In this document: piece after piece, positions 46,392 through 55,599 of the stretch
Layout of the letters: each line of letters opens with the position of its first letter
Position numbering within the stretch: the first letter of the stretch is position 1
Assembly (NCBI GenBank): GCA_015069695.1
Contig: JADCRZ010000010.1
Coordinates: 23,194 to 87,193, forward strand
Direction: 5' to 3'
From: Williamsia sp.
Lineage (GTDB): Bacteria > Bacteroidota > Bacteroidia > Chitinophagales > Chitinophagaceae
Length of the DNA stretch: 64,000 bases
The notes under the pieces: generated by a model
What the model was told of the DNA's origin: nothing
Database searches by the model: none
Seen by the model: only the letters and a program-made list of their open reading frames with translations
Translations under genes and position numbers: made by a program

Positions 46392-47441
46392 ATGAATACA
46401 CACAAAACCGGTAAACAGGTCTTTATAACAGCGTTGCTGATAACCTGTTGCTGGTGTTCCCTGTCTGCGCAGGATCTTCATTTTTCGCAGTGGTTCAATT
46501 CTCCGCTTACGACCAATCCGGCGAATACCGGATTTATACCCGATGCCGACTATCGCATCGGGGCCAATTACCGCAACCAGTTTATGAATATCCTGTCTGT
46601 TCCTTATAAAACGGTCAGCATTTTTGGCGATGCCCAGCTCATGCGCGATAAAATTGAAAACGGCTGGCTGGGTGTAGGCGGTGTGATCCTGCACGATGCA
46701 GCAGGTTCGGGTAATTTAACGTCCACCAAAGTATACGGCTCCCTGGCTTATCACCAGATGCTGGGCTACAGCAGTTTGCTGACGGCGGGTTTCAATGCAG
46801 GCTGGGCCAACAAGCGGATCGATCCTACCAAGCTGATATTCCCGGACCAGTTCAATAAAACCACCGGTTTTTTTGATGCAGGCATTCCCAGCAGCGTGGT
46901 GTTTAATTCAACCAGTACCAGTTACGCGGATATACAGGCTGGTATGAACTATGCCTATTTTCCTTCCAACAAAGTATACCTCAACGGAGGCTTTTCCATC
47001 CAGCACATCAACCGTCCCAAGGAAAGCTTTTTCAGCAGCACACCCGGTTTTGACAACCGGCTTGCGCCGCGGTACATCGGCTTTTTCAACGGCAGCTTTA
47101 AAATGAGCGATGTGCTGATCCTGAATCCGGCAGCTTATTATTCCAACCAGGCCAAGGCATCTGAATTTGTATTGGGTACCAGCCTGAACTACAACCTGTC
47201 GGGTGAAGGCGGCAGCACCCAGCTGATCGGTGGATTGTATTACAGAGGCAACGATGCCTTTGTACCCATGATCGGTTTCCAGCTGCTTGATTTTAAAATG
47301 AGCTTTACCTACGATGTAACTACTTCCTCCCTCAGCCCTTATAACGGCGGACGGGGTGCGCTGGAGTTTTCCCTGATCAAGAACGGGTTCTTCAGCCAGT
47401 ACCAGGGCAGCCGCCGCGAATCCTGGTGTCCTTCTTTTTAA
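46392..47441 (+). CDS. PorP/SprF family type IX secretion outer-membrane protein
   Basis: The ATG at 46392 gives a signal peptide ending LSAQDLHFSQWFNSPLTTNPANTGF, the family signature. Confidence 0.88.
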   Translation: MNTHKTGKQVFITALLITCCWCSLSAQDLHFSQWFNSPLTTNPANTGFIPDADYRIGANYRNQFMNILSVPYKTVSIFGDAQLMRDKIENGWLGVGGVILHDAAGSGNLTSTKVYGSLAYHQMLGYSSLLTAGFNAGWANKRIDPTKLIFPDQFNKTTGFFDAGIPSSVVFNSTSTSYADIQAGMNYAYFPSNKVYLNGGFSIQHINRPKESFFSSTPGFDNRLAPRYIGFFNGSFKMSDVLILNPAAYYSNQAKASEFVLGTSLNYNLSGEGGSTQLIGGLYYRGNDAFVPMIGFQLLDFKMSFTYDVTTSSLSPYNGGRGALEFSLIKNGFFSQYQGSRRESWCPSF

Positions 47442-47465
47442 AACAGAAAACCACATAGATATTTT

Positions 47466-48038
47466 ATGAAAAAATACACCTTACTGGTATTGCTTGCCCT
47501 TGTTGCAGGCATAAGCATTTGTTCGGCACAGGACGATGAAGAAGAAAAACGGGGGTTTGACAAGAGCAAGCTTTTTGTAGGTGGCAATTTCGGTTTAAGC
47601 TTCGGTGATTACTCCCTGGCCAATGTGTCGCCGCAGCTGGGCTACCGTTTCAACCAGTACTTTGCTGCCGGTGCCGGCGTCAACTTTTTGTATTCCAGCA
47701 GCAAGTACCGCGATTTCAACGGCAACGCCTTGTACAAAACCTCGTATGGTGTAGCCGGCCTGAATGTGTTTGGCAGGGTTTATCCCATTCAATACCTCCT
47801 GCTGCAGGCGCAGCCGGAAATGAATTATACCTGGGGAAAATATAAATACTACAACAACACGCCTTCGGAAAAAATTCCGGGAGCTTATGTGCCCTCCTTA
47901 CTATTGGGCGGCGGGGCCATTATTCCATCGGGTATTGGCGGTTTTATCATTATGGTGCAACTGGATGTGCTCAATAACAAAAGAAGTCCGTACGGCAACC
48001 GGCCTATTTATAATTTCGGCTACAATGTAGGTTTATAG
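47466..48038 (+). CDS. Small outer-membrane beta-barrel protein
   Basis: Signal peptide (..SICSAQ), alternating hydrophobic beta-strand pattern and an aromatic C-terminal region (YNFGYNVGL). Confidence 0.65.
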   Translation: MKKYTLLVLLALVAGISICSAQDDEEEKRGFDKSKLFVGGNFGLSFGDYSLANVSPQLGYRFNQYFAAGAGVNFLYSSSKYRDFNGNALYKTSYGVAGLNVFGRVYPIQYLLLQAQPEMNYTWGKYKYYNNTPSEKIPGAYVPSLLLGGGAIIPSGIGGFIIMVQLDVLNNKRSPYGNRPIYNFGYNVGL

Positions 48039-48071
48039 GCCCTGTGGATGGGTACTGGCCGGAGGCTCTCT

Positions 48072-48611
48072 TTATTGTATCTGGTTGAAAATTTCTACCG
48101 GTGTTCTGCAGAACATGATCCTGTCTTGCCAGGCCTCGTAAAGAAACCCTTCTTTTTCCATCTGTTTCATATGGTGGATAAGATAGGTATAGTAACCGCC
48201 GGAATTCAGGAAATAGATCTTCTTGTCGTGGATCTTTAGCTGGTTCCAGGTAATCATCTCGAAGAGTTCATCCAGCGTACCCATGCCGCCTGCCAGCACA
48301 ATGGCCGCATCACACAGTTCGTACATGGTCTTTTTGCGCGTGTGCATATCAGCTACTACCTTGAGTTCCGTTATGCCGACATGCTGTTGCTCCCATTCAA
48401 CCAGCCTTTCAGGAATGATACCGGTAACCTGCCCCTCCCATTTCATCACGGCATCTGCCACAATACCCATCAACCCTTTTTTTCCGCCACCATAGATCAA
48501 CCTGATCTTTAGCATAGCAAGCAATTTCCCCAGTTCCGCCGCATGTTCTGCAAAAATGGGACTGTTTCCTATTTTAGAGCCGCAAAAAACCGCCACCGAC
48601 TGAATCATCAT
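48072..48611 (-). CDS. LOG family (TIGR00730) nucleotide 5'-monophosphate phosphoribohydrolase
   Basis: ATG at 48611. VAVFCGS, IYGGGKKGLMG, AGGMGTLDELFE. Confidence 0.88.
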   Translation of the reverse strand: MMIQSVAVFCGSKIGNSPIFAEHAAELGKLLAMLKIRLIYGGGKKGLMGIVADAVMKWEGQVTGIIPERLVEWEQQHVGITELKVVADMHTRKKTMYELCDAAIVLAGGMGTLDELFEMITWNQLKIHDKKIYFLNSGGYYTYLIHHMKQMEKEGFLYEAWQDRIMFCRTPVEIFNQIQ

Positions 48612-48783
48612 CTGCTTTTTTTGATAAATGAGGGGCAAGATAATACGCTGATTGAAAAAATAAAAACAAGGATGTTTGTGCGCCGGTTGTTGGGTGTTGG
48701 CCCCGGGTGAAATCTTTCGGGGAGCGCAAAGTTTTTTTATCTTCAACGCGCCGGGAAGTTCCTGGCTTTGCTAAAAATTATAT

Positions 48784-50304
48784 ATGTCCCCTACGGTATT
48801 GCTCTTGTTTATCATTGGATATTTCGTGCTGCTCATCCTGGTTTCTTATTTTACCTCTAAAAATTCATCCGACAATGCCACGTTTTTTACGGCAAACAGA
48901 AAATCAAAATGGTGGCTGGTGGCATTTGGCCTGATCGGGACAGCGTTGAGCGGTGTCACGTTTATCTCAGTGCCGGGCGAAGTAGGATCTGCCAGCGGGG
49001 CCCAGTTCCGGTATTTCCAGTTTGTGCTCGGCAATGCAGCCGGATATATTGTGGTGGCCACCGTTCTGCTGCCCCTGTATTACCGCATGCACCTGATTTC
49101 TATTTATGAAGTCATTGAGCGGACGCTGGGCAAAGTAAGCCATAAAACCGCTGCAGCCATTTTCCTGCTCTCGCGCACCATCGGCTCTGCCTTTCGTTTG
49201 TACCTGGTAGCCATTGTTTTGCAGCGGTTTATTTTTGACGCCATGCATGTGCCGTTCTGGCTTACCATTGTTATCTGCCTGGCACTGATCTGGGGTTATA
49301 CCTTCAAAGGCGGATTGAAAACCATTATCATAACCGATACCCTGCAAACAGTTTTTCTGGTGGCCTCTGTTTTTTTGTCTATCTATTTTATCTGCAACAG
49401 TCTCCATGTAAACTTATTCTCTGCCTTTGAAACCATCAAGCAAAGCGGCTATTCCAAGATCTTTTTCCTGGATGATTTTGTAACCAGCAAGTTCCATATT
49501 ACCAAGCAGTTCCTGGGAGGACTGTTCGTAACCATAGGCATGTTCGGACTGGACCAGGACCTCATGCAGAAAAACCTAAGCTGCAAGAACATTTGGGATG
49601 CGCAAAAGAATATGTATACGTTTACCGTCATCTTTGTGATCGTAAACCTGTTCTTTCTGAGCGTGGGTGCCCTGCTGTATGTGTATGCAGCGGCCAAAGG
49701 GATCCCGGTACCCGTAGATGCCATCACGCACAAACCCCGCACAGACTACCTTTTCCCCGAAATCGCGCTCAATCATTTTGGCGGCCTGCCGGCTGTTGTA
49801 TTTATGCTTGGTTTGACTGCCGCTACCTTCGCCACCACCGATTCAGCCCTCACCGCCCTTACCACCTCATTCTGCGTCGACTTTCTCGGCTTCGACAAAG
49901 AGGAGAACAGCCAGCGAAGCAGGGCTTCAGGCGTTGGCATCCGGCACCGGGTGCATATTGGCTTTTCGCTGCTGATCCTGATCGTGATCCTGCTGTTCAA
50001 TGCCATCAACGACGCTTCGGTGGTAAGCGCTATTTTTAAAGTGGCCACGTTTACGTACGGTCCCCTCATCGGTTTGTATGCTTTTGTTCTGTTTGTGCCT
50101 CATAGAACGGTAGCTGACCGGGCCACCCCGCTCGTCTGTATACTGGCTCCGGCCAGCTGCTTTTTCCTGGATAAATACTCCACCCAGCTGCTGGGCGGCT
50201 ATGTGTTCGCCGAAGAACTGATTATCGTGAATGGCCTGCTTACCTTTCTGGGCCTGTTAATCATTTCCAAAAGACGGCAGGCCGTGAACGAATCAGTCGC
50301 GTAG
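48784..50304 (+). CDS. Sodium:solute symporter family transporter
   Basis: About 13 TM segments. The N-terminal region FFTANRKSKWW..G..ALSGVTFISVPG is typical of SSF transporters. Confidence 0.85.
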   Translation: MSPTVLLLFIIGYFVLLILVSYFTSKNSSDNATFFTANRKSKWWLVAFGLIGTALSGVTFISVPGEVGSASGAQFRYFQFVLGNAAGYIVVATVLLPLYYRMHLISIYEVIERTLGKVSHKTAAAIFLLSRTIGSAFRLYLVAIVLQRFIFDAMHVPFWLTIVICLALIWGYTFKGGLKTIIITDTLQTVFLVASVFLSIYFICNSLHVNLFSAFETIKQSGYSKIFFLDDFVTSKFHITKQFLGGLFVTIGMFGLDQDLMQKNLSCKNIWDAQKNMYTFTVIFVIVNLFFLSVGALLYVYAAAKGIPVPVDAITHKPRTDYLFPEIALNHFGGLPAVVFMLGLTAATFATTDSALTALTTSFCVDFLGFDKEENSQRSRASGVGIRHRVHIGFSLLILIVILLFNAINDASVVSAIFKVATFTYGPLIGLYAFVLFVPHRTVADRATPLVCILAPASCFFLDKYSTQLLGGYVFAEELIIVNGLLTFLGLLIISKRRQAVNESVA

Positions 50305-50315
50305 ATCGTTCCTTT

Positions 50316-50443
50316 GTCTGGAACCAGGATTTACAGGATTATAGGGATTCAGGGACGTTATACCATTGATCATCTTGCGGAGGCTTTTTGTCTGAACCAG
50401 GATTACACGGATCCACTCCCATCCTGTAAATCCCGGTTCAGAC
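50316..50443. repeat. Compound (1.5-2 unit) copy of the GTCTGAACC palindromic repeat family
   Basis: gtctggaaccaggatttacaggattatagggattc ... gtctgaaccaggattacacggatccactcccatcctgtaaatcccggttcagac. Confidence 0.8.
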
Positions 50444-50473
50444 AATGGTTCTGTATCTTTATCTCAAAAAACC

Positions 50474-51112
50474 ATGGAGCCGATCGATCCTCTTGTACAA
50501 AGCTATGCAGCGCGGTTTTCTTCGCCGGAAGATCCGGTATTGCGGCAAATTGCGGCCGAAACGGAGCAATCAGTGCCGCATGCCCATATGCTGAGCGGGC
50601 ATGTGCAGGGACGGTTTCTGGAAATGTTTAGCCGGCTTTTGCGGCCGCGTCGTATACTGGAAATAGGTACTTTTACCGGCTATAGCGCTATTTGCCTGTC
50701 CAGGGGCTTGCAGGATGGAGGTCGCCTCCATACCATCGAGAACCGGGAGGAAACCGCGGCTATAGCCCGGAAGAATTTTAACCAGGCCGGCATGGAAGAT
50801 AAGATCACCCTCCATGTTGGCAACGCGGCCGAAATTATTCCTGCACTGGAAGAAACCTGGGATCTGGTGTTCATCGATGCGGACAAGCCGGGGTATATCG
50901 ATTATTACAACCTGGTGCTCCCCTGGCTAAGAACTGGCGGAGTGATCCTGGCGGACAACGTGTTGTTCCACGGACAGGTGCTGGAAGAAAAAGTAACCGG
51001 GAAAAGTGCCCTGGCCATCCAGGCTTTTAATGAGCATGTAAAAAGGGATAGCACGGTAGACAGGGTTCTGCTGACGATCCGGGACGGAATCCTGATGATT
51101 GTAAAAAAATAA
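50474..51112 (+). CDS. Class I SAM-dependent O-methyltransferase (family 3, caffeoyl-CoA OMT-like)
   Basis: ILEIGTFTGYSAICL (SAM motif I), FIDADKPGY, GGVILADNVLFHG. Confidence 0.85.
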   Translation: MEPIDPLVQSYAARFSSPEDPVLRQIAAETEQSVPHAHMLSGHVQGRFLEMFSRLLRPRRILEIGTFTGYSAICLSRGLQDGGRLHTIENREETAAIARKNFNQAGMEDKITLHVGNAAEIIPALEETWDLVFIDADKPGYIDYYNLVLPWLRTGGVILADNVLFHGQVLEEKVTGKSALAIQAFNEHVKRDSTVDRVLLTIRDGILMIVKK

Positions 51113-51125
51113 AACAGACAGAGGC

Positions 51126-52334
51126 ATGTTGCGAAAATGGACCTTGCTGGCAGGCATGATAGTGATGGGCCTGCCTTCATTCGCCCAGAAAGTAGAAGAT
51201 GTACTGGCTTATATAGCTGCTTATAAAGATATTGCCATGGCTGAAATGAAGCGGACGGGCATTCCGGCCGCCATCAAGCTGGCCCAGGGCATCCACGAAA
51301 CCGAGGCCGGAAAAAGCGACCTGGTCCAGAAATCAAACAACCATTTTGGCATCAAATGCAAGGCCACCTGGACCGGCGACAAGGTATTTCATGATGATGA
51401 TGCCCGGGGTGAATGCTTCAGGAGCTATAGCAAGGCCGAAGACAGCTATATGGATCATTCGGATTTTTTAAAGGGAAACCCGCGTTACGCCTTTCTTTTT
51501 AATCTCGACCCGACCGATTATGAAGGCTGGGCTTACGGGTTGAAAAAAGCGGGGTATGCTACCAATATCCGCTACCCGGAGATCCTGATCAAGCTGATCC
51601 AGAAATACAACCTGGAAGATTATTCGCTGATTGCCCTGGGGCGGATGAATGAAGCAGATCATGCACTGGTTGCAGGCGGCACTTCCCTCCCCTCGCAGAT
51701 CTTTAGCGGATTTGCGAAACAAACGGCTGCCGCGCCAAAGGAAGAAGCACCTGCGCCCAATTATCCCGCCGGTGAATTTACCCTCAACGAAACAAAGGTT
51801 GTTTGGGCTGCGCCGAATACGTCGTGGCTGGCTATTGCAGAGAAATACCATATTCCGCTGAGCAGGCTTTGGGATTACAACGACCTGGAAAAAGACGATG
51901 AAGTGCTGGCCAAAGGACAGCTGGTTTTTCTGCAACGCAAAAAGAAAACAGGCGCGACGCCCTACCATACCGTGCAAAAGGGAGAAGATTTATATGGCAT
52001 CTGCCAGGCTGAAGGCATCCGTTTTGAAAACCTCCTGGATTTTAACCGCCTCTCTGAAACCGCCCAGCCTGCCACGGGTGAAAAGCTTTATCTTCAGTCG
52101 CCGGCCCTGGTGAAAGCCTCAACAGAGGAGCCTGCTGCGGTAAAACCTTCTGCAGACAATACCCTGGTGGTAAAGGGGCCTGAGCCAACACGGCACCTGG
52201 TAGCAGGCAATGAAACTTTGTACAGCATAGCAAAAGCGTATGGGGTGGATGTTTTAAAGATCAAGGAATGGAACAAGCTCGACAGCCTGACTGTAAAGCA
52301 GGGTCAGTCGCTGATCATTTACAAAGCCAATTAG
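51126..52334 (+). CDS. Peptidoglycan hydrolase: N-terminal glucosaminidase (GH73-like) domain plus LysM repeats
   Basis: GIPAAIKLAQGIHETEAGKS..NNHFGIK, with LysM modules (YHTVQKGEDLYGI.., HLVAGNETLYSIAKAYGV..). Confidence 0.85.
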   Translation: MLRKWTLLAGMIVMGLPSFAQKVEDVLAYIAAYKDIAMAEMKRTGIPAAIKLAQGIHETEAGKSDLVQKSNNHFGIKCKATWTGDKVFHDDDARGECFRSYSKAEDSYMDHSDFLKGNPRYAFLFNLDPTDYEGWAYGLKKAGYATNIRYPEILIKLIQKYNLEDYSLIALGRMNEADHALVAGGTSLPSQIFSGFAKQTAAAPKEEAPAPNYPAGEFTLNETKVVWAAPNTSWLAIAEKYHIPLSRLWDYNDLEKDDEVLAKGQLVFLQRKKKTGATPYHTVQKGEDLYGICQAEGIRFENLLDFNRLSETAQPATGEKLYLQSPALVKASTEEPAAVKPSADNTLVVKGPEPTRHLVAGNETLYSIAKAYGVDVLKIKEWNKLDSLTVKQGQSLIIYKAN

Positions 52335-52406
52335 CCAGAAAATTTAAAGCCCCATCACCATTTTTTGCCGTAGTTCCCTACCTTCATCCCAACCAATACA
52401 GACGCA

Positions 52407-52943
52407 ATGGCGAACATACAGGTACATGACAAAGTGTTTGAACCTTATTTAAACGCGGAAGAAATACAGGAAAAGATCGTTGCCATTGCCGATACCCTGA
52501 ACAGGGACTACCAGCACAAAAAGCCCTTGTTCATCGCCATTCTTAACGGCGCATTTATGTTTGCATCTGATCTGTTCAAATGCATCAACATAGAAGCAGA
52601 AATTTGTTTTATCAAGCTGGCTTCTTACAAGGGAACCAAATCATCCGGGCAGGTCATCACCGCGATCGGACTGGACACGGACCTGGTGGGGCGTCATCTT
52701 GTTGTTCTGGAAGACATTGTGGACACAGGCAAAACCCTGGATGCTTTTCTTCCGCAGTTGCGCAACCAGCAGCCTGCTTCCCTTACCATTGCGGCGCTGC
52801 TCCAAAAACCCGATGCCCTGCTGTACCCGCTGGAGGTTCAGTATGTGGGTTTTAAGATTCCGGATAAATTTGTAGTAGGGTACGGATTGGATTACAATGG
52901 ATTGGGAAGGAATATAGATAGAATATATAAACTCGTGGAATAA
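52407..52943 (+). CDS. hpt: Hypoxanthine phosphoribosyltransferase
   Basis: VVLEDIVDTGKTL (PRPP loop) and FVVGYGLDY. Confidence 0.92.
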   Translation: MANIQVHDKVFEPYLNAEEIQEKIVAIADTLNRDYQHKKPLFIAILNGAFMFASDLFKCINIEAEICFIKLASYKGTKSSGQVITAIGLDTDLVGRHLVVLEDIVDTGKTLDAFLPQLRNQQPASLTIAALLQKPDALLYPLEVQYVGFKIPDKFVVGYGLDYNGLGRNIDRIYKLVE

Positions 52944-53042
52944 CAGGGTCTGTTCTTTTTGCCTTTTAACGTTCCCAATGCAGCGGAAGGTGCAGGGAGG
53001 TTGCCTTGTGATTCCAATTGTTGCCATGAGGCTATCATCCCG

Positions 53043-54782
53043 TTGAAACCGCTTTACTTCATATTAGCCCTGCTTTTTACGCCTACCTTTCTTGCTGCCC
53101 AATACTATCTGCGCGGCGACATCAAAGACGAAAGCAACCAACCCGTTAGCAATGTCAAAATCATCCTGCATTCAACCGGCTATACGTATTATTCAGGTGA
53201 TGAGGGCGGGTTCGGGATCATGTCGCGCCTGGCGACAGATTCGCTGACGTTGCTCAAAGACGGATACCAGCCATCAGGGGTAAAAATGGAGGGCAACAAG
53301 TACAAGTCAATTATCCTGCAATCCCTGCGCAACGTGGCAGGCGTACAAAAGACCCGGCTGGCTTCTTTTATCAAGAACATGAAGATAGAAGAAAGAACAA
53401 ACTGGCCCACGGGCGGAGAAACGTATTCAACCCTGCTTGAAAACGAATGTATCTCCACCAGCCGCTTCCCTGAAACCGGACTGGCGATCAATATCGACAA
53501 GGCATCTTACAGCAATATCCGGCGGTTTATAAAAACAAACAGCACCGTGCCGCCTGATGCCGTCCGGATCGAGGAGATGCTCAATTACTTTAATTTTAAT
53601 TACAAAGCACCTCCCAAAGACAGTGTGTTCGGATTGGACTCTTACCTGACCGGATGCCCGTGGGATAAGAACAACCAACTGCTTTTTTTGAAGCTGTGCG
53701 CGCGGCAACTGAATACGGAAACGGTTGCGCCCAGCAACCTGGTTTTCCTGATCGACATTTCGGGTTCCATGGACATGCCCAACCGCCTTCCCCTGCTGAA
53801 ATCGGCGTTCAAGCTGATGGTAAAAAACCTCCGCGAAAAAGATACGGTTTCTGTTGTGGTTTATGGCAGCAGCGTGGGCATCCGCCTTCAACCTACCTCG
53901 GGCCGAGAAAAGCTGAAGATAGAACAGGCTATTGAAGAGCTGGAACCGGGAGGTGCTACGGCAGGTGCTTCCGGCATTGCCATGGCTTATGGACTGGCCA
54001 AGTCTAAGTTTATCCATGGCGGAAACAACCGGGTTATACTGGCTACCGATGGCGATTTCAATATCGGGCAAACATCCGAAGATGAGCTGGGCAAGCTGAT
54101 AACCCAATACAGGCAATTGGGTATTTACCTGACGTGCCTAGGGGTAGGCATGGGCAACTACAAAGACTCAAAGCTGGAGATGCTGGCCAAAAAAGGCAAC
54201 GGCAATTTTGCTTACCTCGACAATGAAAAAGAAGCCGAAAAAGTGCTCGTGAAAGAGCTTACCCAAACCCTGTTTGCCGTGGCTGATGATGCTTATATGG
54301 ACATTGTATTTAACCCGGCCGTTGTAGAACAATACCGCTTGATCGGGTTTGACAATAAGCTGAACGCCATTACCGATTCTTCCAGCGAACTGGAAGGAGG
54401 AGAAGTAGGCTCGGGGCATACGCTGCTCGCTATCATGGAACTTGTTCCTGCAACCGGGCAGGGAAGCGCAGTCAATGCCTCCCTGGCCCAGATCAGACTG
54501 CAGTTTAAAAACCCGCAAACCAAAGCTCCACATGCGATCTATTATAGCTGTGGCCCCCGGTTTACTCCTTTTGAACAATTGGAAAATTCCTATCGTTTTG
54601 CCACATCGGTGGTTATGTTTGGCTCGCTGCTGAAAAAATCCAAATACAGCAAGAATCTTTCCTGGTCTGATGTGATCGAGCTGGCCGAAGCATCGTATGA
54701 TCAAAAAGACTCCTTGCAGAAAGAGTTTATTGAACTGCTGGAAAAAGCAAAGAAAGTGTATCAGAAAAAGAAAAAGGATTAG
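53043..54782 (+). CDS. von Willebrand factor type A domain protein (YfbK-like) with N-terminal carboxypeptidase-regulatory-like domain
   Basis: The TTG at 53043 gives the signal peptide MKPLYFILALLFTPTFLAAQ; the ORF-track TTG at 52959 is the alternative. MIDAS motif LVFLIDISGSMD. Confidence 0.8.
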   Translation: MKPLYFILALLFTPTFLAAQYYLRGDIKDESNQPVSNVKIILHSTGYTYYSGDEGGFGIMSRLATDSLTLLKDGYQPSGVKMEGNKYKSIILQSLRNVAGVQKTRLASFIKNMKIEERTNWPTGGETYSTLLENECISTSRFPETGLAINIDKASYSNIRRFIKTNSTVPPDAVRIEEMLNYFNFNYKAPPKDSVFGLDSYLTGCPWDKNNQLLFLKLCARQLNTETVAPSNLVFLIDISGSMDMPNRLPLLKSAFKLMVKNLREKDTVSVVVYGSSVGIRLQPTSGREKLKIEQAIEELEPGGATAGASGIAMAYGLAKSKFIHGGNNRVILATDGDFNIGQTSEDELGKLITQYRQLGIYLTCLGVGMGNYKDSKLEMLAKKGNGNFAYLDNEKEAEKVLVKELTQTLFAVADDAYMDIVFNPAVVEQYRLIGFDNKLNAITDSSSELEGGEVGSGHTLLAIMELVPATGQGSAVNASLAQIRLQFKNPQTKAPHAIYYSCGPRFTPFEQLENSYRFATSVVMFGSLLKKSKYSKNLSWSDVIELAEASYDQKDSLQKEFIELLEKAKKVYQKKKKD

Positions 54783-54799
54783 CAAAATTTATTTTTCTT

Positions 54800-54816
54800 T
54801 ACTAAATATTTTAGTA
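54800..54816. promoter_or_regulatory. Perfect 7-3-7 palindrome (operator-like) with an extra half-site
   Basis: TACTAAA-TAT-TTTAGTA at 54800-54816, and TACTAAATAT again at 54823-54832. The site is about 50 nt upstream of the 2H phosphoesterase ATG. Confidence 0.3.
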
Positions 54817-54867
54817 CATTTATACTAAATATATTAACGAACGCCTCACTAAAACCCTTCTTTGCAT

Positions 54868-55473
54868 ATGAGTACAGATTTCACAAACGGACCCGGGTAC
54901 CGCTACTTCGAGTACTTGTTGGTGTTACAGCCGCATGAAGACCTCCGTGCTAAAATCGTGGGTATCAAAAAAGATTTTCAGGCAGTCTACAATACACCTA
55001 CTCTGGGCGGAAAGCCGCATATTGTATTAGCGAAGTTTGTAGTTTGGGGAATGATGGAAGAAAGAATTGTTAACCGGCTTCGTGTGGCGGCCATGGGCAC
55101 ACCGCCTTTTAAAGTAGCTTTTAAAAACTTTGGCAGCTTTCCTTCTCACACAATCTATCTCAATACAACCACCAGCATTCCCATTCAATACCTGATGCGG
55201 GAGCTGCGTACGGCCAGGCACCTGCTGAAATCGGGGGATGCAGATCCTTACTTTATCACTGAGCCTTTCCTGACCATTGCAAGAAACTTAACACCGCTCC
55301 AATTCCAGAAAGCCTGGCATGAATATGCTCACCGCAGCTTTACGGGCAGTTTTGTAGCAGACAGCATGCTGCTTATCCGGCGGCAGGAGGGAGAAAAATT
55401 TTATCAGATCGTGCAACGCTTGGAGTTCAGCAATCTTCCTGTGAATTCACAACAGGGTTCCCTGTTTTTGTAA
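54868..55473 (+). CDS. 2H phosphoesterase / 2'-5' RNA ligase (LigT-like) family protein
   Basis: PHIVLAKF and SHTIYLN are H-x-[TS/V]-x-like motifs about 80 aa apart. Length is around 200 aa. Confidence 0.65.
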   Translation: MSTDFTNGPGYRYFEYLLVLQPHEDLRAKIVGIKKDFQAVYNTPTLGGKPHIVLAKFVVWGMMEERIVNRLRVAAMGTPPFKVAFKNFGSFPSHTIYLNTTTSIPIQYLMRELRTARHLLKSGDADPYFITEPFLTIARNLTPLQFQKAWHEYAHRSFTGSFVADSMLLIRRQEGEKFYQIVQRLEFSNLPVNSQQGSLFL

Positions 55474-55599
55474 TTCCCTTCTTTAACCCCTACCAACCTA
55501 AAGTTCCGGCTATCAGGTTTAAGCCGAACAACTTGGCTGGCTTGCAGGCCGGAGCTTTTACTTTTCCCTGTACCCATTCCTTTACTCAACCAACCCATT

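Noticed and set aside
50314-50631. 105-aa ORF (MSGTRIYRIIGIQGRY..LNQDYTD..)
   Set aside because: The first half is simply the translation of the GTCTGAACC repeat units. The second half overlaps the O-methyltransferase gene out of frame.
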